Shown: positions 27,850 through 35,279 of the stretch, piece by piece
Numbering within the stretch: the first letter of the stretch is position 1
How the letters are laid out: each line of letters begins with the position of its first letter
Notes under the pieces: generated by a model
Told to the model about the DNA's origin: nothing
Databases searched by the model: none
Seen by the model: the letters and a program-made list of their open reading frames with translations, nothing else
Virus record (IMG/VR): IMGVR_UViG_3300049433_000104
Location: 1 to 51,234 of that record
Source of the DNA: a virus
Taxonomy: Duplodnaviria; Caudoviricetes
Reading direction: 5' to 3' (one strand)
DNA: 51,234 nucleotides
Program-made: the position numbers and the translations under genes

Positions 27850-29196
27850 TCAGGCGGCAAGCGCCGCGGTGAAGCCGCCCTTCACGAAGGACTCGGGACG
27901 ATACACGGCGAGCGCCAGGCGCTCTTCGCCGCGGATCGTGACGAGGTTCTTCCGGAAGTTGTCGCTGTCCTCGGTGCTGATCTCGACATTCGCATCTTCG
28001 CGGTCGAACAGCTGCGCGCCCAACTGGAACGCACCCGTCAGGAACTTGTCGACAGTCATGGCCTGCGTTTCCACAACCGGCAAACGCCACAGACGCGGGT
28101 CGGTGCCGTTCTGCGGATTCGCAAACAGGTACGCGCCCTCGTCCGTCTTAGTCAGTTCGATATCGGCCCAATCGGACGGATGCAGAACGATGCCGTTCGC
28201 CGGATATTCCGCGAGGAACGCCTGCAGGATGGCAAGGCGGATGACATCGATCTTCGTCAGGTTGCCGGCCATCGACGGGGCGATCGGCGCCGAATAGGCC
28301 GTGGCCTGCGTATAGATGCCGTTCAGGTCGGTGCCGCCGCCAGGACCGTTGAGAAGCTGACCCTCTTCGACGTACTGAAGCCCGTAACGCAGGCGGCCGT
28401 CGATGTAGGACTGCAGCTGCGGCACGTCGTCGAGAATTTGCTTGGTCGCCAGAACCCAATGCGCGATCGTGGTAACGGCCGTGGTGACGATGTCGAACTT
28501 GATATCCGACTGCGGTTTGGCCGCACCGCTGGTTTCCGACACCGTCGCGGCATTGTTGGTGAAGCCGGTTTCCTTGATGTATTGGATCGCGTTCTTGTCG
28601 GTGCGGCCAGGCGTGATCAGGTCGCGGATCGTCATTCGGCGCAGGCTCGGGGTAATGATGCCAGGCAGGCGCTGCGGGACGATCAGATCGCCGGCAGAGC
28701 CGTCCGCGTCGGTGGTGAGGGACGAAATGATCGCCTTCACCTTCATGCTTATGCGGCCCTTGCCGCCGGACTTGATCCAGTTCTTGACCGTTTCATCTTC
28801 GGTCACGGTCTGCCCGAGCGACTTGACAGGCTGCGGACCTTCGCCGCGGCGCACCAGCTTCTGCTCGATCTCGGTCATTCGGGCGCTGATCTCGTTGTGC
28901 TTGATCAGCGCGTCGTCGGCCGTCTTTTTGGTAGCTTCGGTCACGTTGCCGAGATTTTTGATTTCCGTCGCCGTGGTTTCGGCGGACTTCTTCACATCAT
29001 CGGCTGCGCTCTTCAGTTCGACCGACAGCTTTTTCACATCCTCCAGGGCGGCGGCAAGGCCGGCGTCCGCGATCGTGAGCAGTCCAAGGCCATCGCTGGC
29101 GTGAACGGTGGCATAGGTGATGTCCAGGCCGAGCACCGCAACGCATGCGATGGCGACCACCGCGGCGAATGCCACGAGGGGAATATAGCGCTTCAT
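27850..29196 (-). CDS. Major capsid protein, HK97 family
   Basis: AGDLIVPQRLPGII, TIAHWVLATKQILDD, NFRKNLVTIRGEERLALAVYRPESF. Confidence 0.95.
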   Translation of the reverse strand: MKRYIPLVAFAAVVAIACVAVLGLDITYATVHASDGLGLLTIADAGLAAALEDVKKLSVELKSAADDVKKSAETTATEIKNLGNVTEATKKTADDALIKHNEISARMTEIEQKLVRRGEGPQPVKSLGQTVTEDETVKNWIKSGGKGRISMKVKAIISSLTTDADGSAGDLIVPQRLPGIITPSLRRMTIRDLITPGRTDKNAIQYIKETGFTNNAATVSETSGAAKPQSDIKFDIVTTAVTTIAHWVLATKQILDDVPQLQSYIDGRLRYGLQYVEEGQLLNGPGGGTDLNGIYTQATAYSAPIAPSMAGNLTKIDVIRLAILQAFLAEYPANGIVLHPSDWADIELTKTDEGAYLFANPQNGTDPRLWRLPVVETQAMTVDKFLTGAFQLGAQLFDREDANVEISTEDSDNFRKNLVTIRGEERLALAVYRPESFVKGGFTAALAA

Positions 29197-29206
29197 TGGT
29201 TCGTTC

Positions 29207-29923
29207 CTATTTTCGGGTGATGAAACCGGAAAGATTTCTGCGGATTTCATCCAGCGAATCTTTCACGGCGGACGGGTTCGCCTCTCCACCCTCGGACTCA
29301 CTCCGAATGGCCTTCGCATAGCCGACAGAGGCGATCTGTACGGCCATGGCTTTGGGAACGCCTGCCTCGCGCAGGACATCCTCGAATTCCTTGATTGACG
29401 GCGCATCGCCGTCGCGCAGACGACGCGCAAAATCTGAGATCATACCATCGGCCTTGACGCCCTCGATGCGCGCGCGACGGTTGGCGGGGAATGACACGAT
29501 CGAGGCTTCCAGCAAATCCAGCTTGATCAGCTGGCGCGGCGTGGTGTTGTCGGCCGGCGATACATCGACTTCACGATAGCCTATCGAGAGTCCTTGAATG
29601 GCCTTGGCCTTCAGCATGATCAGTGCTTCGTCGGCGCGGCGCACGCCCTGCAGCAGCTGCCCCTTTGCGAAAAGTCCCCTGCCGTCGTCGCTCAATTCAT
29701 TCCAGACGCCGATCGGCTCGTCGGGATTGTGCTGCCACAGCATCAAGGGATAGGTGCCTTCGCGCTGATGCTTCGCGAGACTGTCGGCGAACGCGCCAGG
29801 CAGCACCACTTCGTTGTAGCTGTCGCGCACCCCAAACACCGACGCGTAGCCCTCGATCGCTCCCGTATCGTCCGCGGCCTTCACCTTGAATGCGAAGTCT
29901 TTGGTTTTGTAAGCGATCGTCAT
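29207..29923 (-). CDS. HK97-family prohead protease
   Basis: IEGYASVFG, MLWQH, GLSIGY, LLEASIVSFPAN. Confidence 0.95.
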   Translation of the reverse strand: MTIAYKTKDFAFKVKAADDTGAIEGYASVFGVRDSYNEVVLPGAFADSLAKHQREGTYPLMLWQHNPDEPIGVWNELSDDGRGLFAKGQLLQGVRRADEALIMLKAKAIQGLSIGYREVDVSPADNTTPRQLIKLDLLEASIVSFPANRRARIEGVKADGMISDFARRLRDGDAPSIKEFEDVLREAGVPKAMAVQIASVGYAKAIRSESEGGEANPSAVKDSLDEIRRNLSGFITRK

Positions 29924-31257
29924 TGGATTGTTTCTCCAGGCCGCGGGCCATTGCCAATTGCCGCTCTTACGTGCTGCTGAATCATCGCGCCAAGATCGCC
30001 GCCGAACAGCCAGTTCGACATTGCGCTGCGCGCCTGCTGGTCGGCATTGCCGACTGTTTTCCCGAGTTGGTCCAAAGGAACGAGGTTCGATTGAACCGTA
30101 AGGATGTTGCCGCCAGGCATTGAGGGCCGGTTGTCGAGTGCGCGACCTTCGTTGCGCGTGAGATAACCGTTCTGGCCGAGTGCGCTCAGCAGCGCTGCGC
30201 GGCCGGCGCTATCGGCGCGAAGCAATCCTTCAACGTTGAATTCAGCGAAGAACAGCTTTCGTTGGGCCGGTACGATCAACCGCTTCTTAATCGCCTGCTC
30301 GATCCGCGTGAGGTATGGCCGCAAGCCCAGCGTGAGCCAAGCGAGCATGATCTGTTCAATTCCAGATCCCCACATCGTCTGCCCTTCGCCCGAGTGTCCG
30401 ATCAGAATTGGCGGGATTCGAATCCAGCGGCAAATTTCCTCAATGCTGAATTTCCAAGACATCAGCAGTTCGGCATCCTTCGGACTGAGGCTGACCGTCT
30501 TGACGTCAAACCCATGTTCCAGCAGTCCCGCCGACGCCGTCGCTTCCGCGCCGACATAAGGATCAATGAAGGTTTCCTTGAATTCCTTTCGCTGGTCGGC
30601 GTTCATCTTGACGTTGGGCGGCGCGGTGAAGAACGCCGACGCGCGCATACCGTTTTTGAACGTCGCGCCGGTGCTGGCCGCAATGGCCTCCGAGATCGCG
30701 AGCGTCTGGCGCGCAAGATAGACCAGCGGCAAGCCACGATCGCCGCCATCGCCGAAGCCGCGGATATGGAAAATTTTATCCTCGGTGTCGTTCTCGGCTT
30801 TGCCGCGGTACACGTAGCGATAGCGAAGCACGCCGTTTGTGTCGCGCTTCACGTCCATGTCGCCGCGCGCGGGTGACAGCGGCGTCAAGGATATCAGCCT
30901 TTCGCCGAGAAATTCCTTTCGCGCAAAGAAGTCGCCATGATTGCAGAGACAGACGATGACGCCTTCCCAAAATTCGGCGGCGGTTTGATCGGCATTCGGG
31001 CTGTCGTGCAAAAGATCGTAAAGGTAATGATCAGTCGCGGCCTCTTTGCCGCCGTTGTCTTGCCTTTTGTAGAATCCCATCGGCAGCGTGCCGACCGTTT
31101 CGGCGGTGCAGCGGACGCCAGAGAACCACGCCGCCAGTTGCATCGCGCCATCGACGCCAGGCGCGCGGCCGGCCCAGGTATCGCTTTGCGAACCACGCCG
31201 TGAGTTCTCCGGGTCTTGGACTTTCAGCGCAGGCTTTCTCCACCAAAGCAGGTTCAT
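29920..31257 (-). CDS. Portal protein, HK97 family
   Basis: LLHDSPNADQTAAEFWE, IFHIRGF, EFNVEGLLRAD, TRNEGR. Confidence 0.95.
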   Translation of the reverse strand: MNLLWWRKPALKVQDPENSRRGSQSDTWAGRAPGVDGAMQLAAWFSGVRCTAETVGTLPMGFYKRQDNGGKEAATDHYLYDLLHDSPNADQTAAEFWEGVIVCLCNHGDFFARKEFLGERLISLTPLSPARGDMDVKRDTNGVLRYRYVYRGKAENDTEDKIFHIRGFGDGGDRGLPLVYLARQTLAISEAIAASTGATFKNGMRASAFFTAPPNVKMNADQRKEFKETFIDPYVGAEATASAGLLEHGFDVKTVSLSPKDAELLMSWKFSIEEICRWIRIPPILIGHSGEGQTMWGSGIEQIMLAWLTLGLRPYLTRIEQAIKKRLIVPAQRKLFFAEFNVEGLLRADSAGRAALLSALGQNGYLTRNEGRALDNRPSMPGGNILTVQSNLVPLDQLGKTVGNADQQARSAMSNWLFGGDLGAMIQQHVRAAIGNGPRPGETIQ

Positions 31258-32978
31258 CCGGACACCATCAACCCGTTTTTGAGGAAGTCGCTGATGTCCG
31301 GCTGGCCCGCGGGATTCCAGCTCATTAAAATCGCCGCCTGGAACAAGGCAATCAGCGGGTCGATTTTAGCCCGGCCCGATATCTGCTTCGTCACCATCGG
31401 GGCATTGCCTCGCATTTCGACTTTGGCGTTGCCCAGCACCCAAGTCATGAGGCCCTGGTCGGCATGCGACAACGTTCCGTCACTCAGCTTGCGTTCAAGT
31501 CCGTACATGGCTGGAGACAGTGCCGGCCCCTGCAATAGGCGCCGGATCATTTCATCCGTTACGCCTGCCTCGATCAGCGCATCGATCACTGCGGATGCAT
31601 TGTTCGGATCGATGCCGACCGCGTTTTTTTCCGGCAACAATCCGGAGTCGACAACTTGCTTAACGACCGCAGCAAGCTTCGCGACATCCTCCGGCACTTT
31701 GCAGATTGTCAGCGAGCCTTCACTCTCAAAATCTGCAAGAGCGGTTGCGATGTCCTGCCGCAAGTGCAGTACCTTCGGATGCACCCACGCACAACACCAT
31801 ACCAGCCAATGCCGCGTCAGTTTCTCGCGGCCGATCACGGCCAGGCCGAGCAGATCGTCTAGGCCGCCGCCATCGATGCCGAGCGTCACAACTTCGGACC
31901 GGTTCAGCAACGTTTCGAGTGTTAGCGTTTCGTCCGCGGCGGCTTCCCAATAGTCGGTGCCGCGCCATCCGTCGTCCGATATGCCGTCGCCGATCTCGAT
32001 ATTAAGATGCTGCGAGGCCCAAACCTTGATGGCGTCGTCGCCCTTGTCGCGCTCGGTTTGCCAGTCGGCTATCAGCTGATCCAGATGACTAGACTTGCCA
32101 AGGTTCGGCATAACCATTGGCCAATTGGCAGGGTCTTTCCAGCGCTCGGTTTCTTTACGGACCTTTTCTTCTTTTGTTAGCGTGGCGATGTCGCGGGGAA
32201 ATTCGTAAAGCACCGGTAACAACGGGCGAATGATGCGCCCGCGGTACTTTCCATCACGGATCGCGCGCGCCATTTTCAATTCGGACTTGAAGGCGCCGGC
32301 AGGGATGCCGTCGCTCTGCGTCGTCGTGATCAACAGCAAGCCTTCCGGGGTCTTGTCGAGTCCTCCGCGTATCTGACGCAACACCTTGGCCGTGTGAATG
32401 CTCTTGCCGAGCAGGTGCAGCTCATCGAGCAACACGAAGATTAGGCCCATCGCGCCAGTCAGAATCTTCAAATCGAAGGTTCTCACCTTGATCTCGGACT
32501 TGGTGACTAGATCTTCGATTGTCTTGATGTGATCTCGCGGCCGGAAGCGGCGCTTCAGATCGGGAGATTCGTCGATCATTCCGACCGCTTGCTCATACGC
32601 GCGATCGGAGATCGCCTGAGTCGGTCCGACAAACAGCGCTTCCGCGCGCGGGCGATAGTTCATCAGCATCGACACCAGCATCAGCGCCGCGCTGTAGGAA
32701 GTCTTTGACGATCCCTTCGGTGCCATCGCGAAGATTTCGCGGATCATGCGCACGCGGTTGACGGGGTCCCATGAACCGAACGCGGCGCGCACGATATCGC
32801 GAAACCACTCACCCGACGCGGTCCGCAGCTTCGGCGTGCCAGGCACGTCAGGCAGCTGCATTTCGTCATAGAACGCGACCGCGTCTTTTGCCTCGCTGGC
32901 GAACAGCGGCAGATCAGGGATAAGCGGGCGGCCCTCGCGTATACGATCCTCCCAATCGACGCAGCTGAGGTCCCACAT
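31254..32978 (-). CDS. Terminase large subunit
   Basis: Walker A PKGSSKT, Walker B VLLDELH, nuclease GIDGGGLDDL, KIDP. Confidence 0.95.
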   Translation of the reverse strand: MWDLSCVDWEDRIREGRPLIPDLPLFASEAKDAVAFYDEMQLPDVPGTPKLRTASGEWFRDIVRAAFGSWDPVNRVRMIREIFAMAPKGSSKTSYSAALMLVSMLMNYRPRAEALFVGPTQAISDRAYEQAVGMIDESPDLKRRFRPRDHIKTIEDLVTKSEIKVRTFDLKILTGAMGLIFVLLDELHLLGKSIHTAKVLRQIRGGLDKTPEGLLLITTTQSDGIPAGAFKSELKMARAIRDGKYRGRIIRPLLPVLYEFPRDIATLTKEEKVRKETERWKDPANWPMVMPNLGKSSHLDQLIADWQTERDKGDDAIKVWASQHLNIEIGDGISDDGWRGTDYWEAAADETLTLETLLNRSEVVTLGIDGGGLDDLLGLAVIGREKLTRHWLVWCCAWVHPKVLHLRQDIATALADFESEGSLTICKVPEDVAKLAAVVKQVVDSGLLPEKNAVGIDPNNASAVIDALIEAGVTDEMIRRLLQGPALSPAMYGLERKLSDGTLSHADQGLMTWVLGNAKVEMRGNAPMVTKQISGRAKIDPLIALFQAAILMSWNPAGQPDISDFLKNGLMVSG

Positions 32979-32985
32979 CGGCGCT

Positions 32986-33483
32986 TTAGTTCACTACTTT
33001 CGCCGCTTGCTGCCGGCGCGCCATCAGCTCGCCCATCGGCGTGCCGGCATCCGGTTGCTGCGCGGCTAGGCGCGCTTCTTCTTTCTTTCCAAGCTTCGGC
33101 GCTTTGGCATCTTTCGCTGGTGGCGCGGCGGCGGGTCGCGAGGTTTGCCCGTAGTTCATCAGATCGTTGCGATCGAGCAGCTTGCCGAATTCTTTGATCG
33201 CGCTGACGTTGCCAGCCTGCACCTGATCCCAAAGCTTCATCGCCAACCCGGCGTCGAGACGATCGCGCGAGACACCGCGGAATTTCAGCTCGGAAAAATA
33301 ATGCTTCCGCAACGTTGGGAGCGTGATGAAAAGCGCTGCGGCAATGCGCTTATTGCTCCAGCCAAACGCCACCAACATGCTGACTTTGTTACGGTTTTGC
33401 TGTGACGCAACGTGCTCGGGCCGGCCACGCTCGCCCCAATTGGCTGGAACCGGATCGCCGAACAGGTCAAAAACTTCGGGCAT
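32986..33483 (-). CDS. Terminase small subunit
   Basis: Start MPEVFDLFGDP; GRPEH, HTH-like TLRKHYFSEL, KLGKKE. Confidence 0.8.
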   Translation of the reverse strand: MPEVFDLFGDPVPANWGERGRPEHVASQQNRNKVSMLVAFGWSNKRIAAALFITLPTLRKHYFSELKFRGVSRDRLDAGLAMKLWDQVQAGNVSAIKEFGKLLDRNDLMNYGQTSRPAAAPPAKDAKAPKLGKKEEARLAAQQPDAGTPMGELMARRQQAAKVVN

Positions 33484-33565
33484 CAGAAAAAAAACCCCTG
33501 AATGAGGCCCTGCCGGTCCGAGCCCCCAAGAGCGCTGGAGTTTTGACCCACCCCCCCCCCCCGGC
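33484..33565 (-). other. Putative cos packaging region
   Basis: Gap between HNH and terS containing a G12 run followed by TGGGTCAAAA...GGACCG on the minus strand, the usual cos location in HK97-like phages. Confidence 0.55.
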
Positions 33566-33841
33566 TCAGTACCAGACGCCGCGCTCGTGCAACGTGGCCT
33601 GTTCCTCGCGTTGCTTGACGGTGTCGTGGCAGCGCTTGCAGAGCGTCTGCAGGTTGGTCTCATCCCAAAACAGACGCTCATCGCCCCTATGCGGGATAAT
33701 GTGGTCGCACACGAGTAACGCTGTATTGCCCTCTAGGTGACCGCAATCTTTGCATGTGAACAGATCGCGAAGAAAGATTGCCAGCCGCAATTCACGCCAA
33801 CGCGCTGTCTTGTACCAACGCTTCCAAGGCAGCGCCGGCAT
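33566..33841 (-). CDS. Terminase-associated HNH endonuclease
   Basis: C..CG, VCDHIIPHRGD, NLQTLCKRCH. Confidence 0.92.
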   Translation of the reverse strand: MPALPWKRWYKTARWRELRLAIFLRDLFTCKDCGHLEGNTALLVCDHIIPHRGDERLFWDETNLQTLCKRCHDTVKQREEQATLHERGVWY

Positions 33842-33859
33842 CCGGCATCCCCGCCGCCA

Positions 33860-33889
33860 CAACGAAAGACCCGCAACGGTGCGGGTCTT
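33860..33889 (-). terminator. Hairpin/terminator ahead of the late operon (tR'-like)
   Basis: AAGACCCGCA/TGCGGGTCTT stem followed by TCGTT; a TTGACA lies upstream at 33947-33942. Confidence 0.5.
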
Positions 33890-33943
33890 GTCCGACGCGA
33901 TTCGCGCCGTTACCAGATAAGGAGCCGAAGTCTGTCATACTTG

Positions 33944-34777
33944 TCAACGGCTGACATACGGTTCGCCCAAGACGGTGCACAAACCGGTTTCGCCGGCCGC
34001 CACTTCGGAGTCTGCCGGTCGCCATGTCCGCATCGGTTGCCTACTCGGGTTCGGATGCCAACGAAGCCCGAGTTGCGTCAGCCCTTCGCGCACAATGCGG
34101 CCTACGTAGTTTGCATCCCGAGCCTTGACCTTCTGCCCTTCCAAGTAACCACACACCAATCGCGCGGTCGCCTCCGCGGTGTGACCGTGGCACACAATCT
34201 GTTCGACTATGACCGTCGCCTGTATCCCGAGAACGGCGCGCGCGTGTCTCAGCGTTTCGCTGGCGGCAAGCACGGCCTCAGGCGGCGACTTGGAACCCCC
34301 GCTCCCCCCGCGAACCCGATCGAAGTCCATTGCGCCCCCAAGTGTAGCGTGCATGGTTTCGAATGCCATTCGATAGGTTTCGGCAGCTAGCACCTGTTGG
34401 CGCCCAAGCTTGTTCTTTCCGGTCAGCCGGTCGACCCCCGACAACGTACGCGCCATTTGACCGACGTATTCGATCGGGTCCGCACCAAGCATCCGCTTCG
34501 GTTGCTTCCCTTTGGTGTGTCCAGTTATGTTCAGCGGGTCAGCTCCGACCAGCGCCCGCCTTTTTGCTTCTCGCGATAGGTGCTGCAGCCGGTCACGCTC
34601 AGCCATCGCCCGAGCAGCGCCCGGCGTCTGGCGGCCCTCGATCAGATCGAGGCAATCCAAGATGAAGTCGCGTTCAGCCTCCGCTGAGCGCTCGATCGAG
34701 CGCTGCAACTCAGGGTCCGCGGCCACCGCTAGCGAGAACCGTTCGTGTCGGCGGTATCTGCGCGCCTGCTTAATCAT
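33944..34777 (-). CDS. Putative late-gene regulator (DUF6456-like)
   Basis: LAAETYR...DRVRGG...ARAVLG..IVEQIVCHG pattern; sits just upstream of HNH/terS; GGAG RBS before ATG 34777. Confidence 0.6.
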   Translation of the reverse strand: MIKQARRYRRHERFSLAVAADPELQRSIERSAEAERDFILDCLDLIEGRQTPGAARAMAERDRLQHLSREAKRRALVGADPLNITGHTKGKQPKRMLGADPIEYVGQMARTLSGVDRLTGKNKLGRQQVLAAETYRMAFETMHATLGGAMDFDRVRGGSGGSKSPPEAVLAASETLRHARAVLGIQATVIVEQIVCHGHTAEATARLVCGYLEGQKVKARDANYVGRIVREGLTQLGLRWHPNPSRQPMRTWRPADSEVAAGETGLCTVLGEPYVSR

Positions 34778-34850
34778 CAAATTTGCTCCAACATACCGAT
34801 TTGCCCTCGATTTGCTGGCCATCCCGGCAGAAGCCGGGGTCTCAAAACTG

Positions 34851-34903
34851 AAATGGTTCCTGCCTAGAACCATTTCCGAAAAATGTTCCGAACTAGAACA
34901 TTT
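34851..34903. promoter_or_regulatory. Two tandem palindromic sites (GTTC-N7-GAAC core)
   Basis: AAATGGTTC-N7-GAACCATTT and AAATGTTC-N7-GAACATTT, both with perfect arms. Confidence 0.6.
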
Positions 34904-34932
34904 GGAACTTTCAGCTAACTAAGAATTCTCCT

Positions 34933-35245
34933 TTGCGAGGGTTTGCGAAGGTTTGGAGAGGGTTTAGAAAAAGAATTGCGAAGGTTTTTATTATTATTAT
35001 TCAATCCTTTAGAAACAAAACGCGAGGGTAACGAGGGTTTTGCTCGTGTGATGCCTGAGTCACCTTGCCTATATCGCGCTGTCGCCGCCGCATGCCGCGC
35101 GCGCCCCCTCTCGCACGCATATGCGCGCGCGTAACCTTCGAAACCCTCGCAAGCGTGCCAGAAGTGCCTGCGCCCGTGGGGAAACGCGCGCGCGAAGGTA
35201 CGCGAAGAACTCTCGCTAAACCCTCGCAAAATCCCTAACCCTCGG
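34933..35245. repeat. Iteron cluster / putative replication origin
   Basis: About 10 copies of (G)CGA(G/A)GGTT(T) in both orientations plus an AT-rich tract, directly downstream of the primase-helicase gene. Confidence 0.65.
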
Positions 35246-35279
35246 TGCCTTATGCGCAACAGGTGTGCCTCAATGGAAA

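Noticed and set aside
27826-29220. 464-aa plus-strand ORF
   Set aside because: Antisense shadow of the major capsid gene, typical of high-GC codon bias; no motifs.
33551-33562. Phase-variable poly-C tract within terS
   Set aside because: It is coding only if the 231-aa extended ORF is accepted; the credible terS start (33483) lies downstream of the tract.
34851-34903. LexA boxes
   Set aside because: The sites are inverted (GTTC-N7-GAAC), whereas the alphaproteobacterial LexA box is a direct repeat.
34915-35259. 114-aa ORF over the iteron region
   Set aside because: The translation merely reflects the DNA repeats; more likely a non-coding origin.
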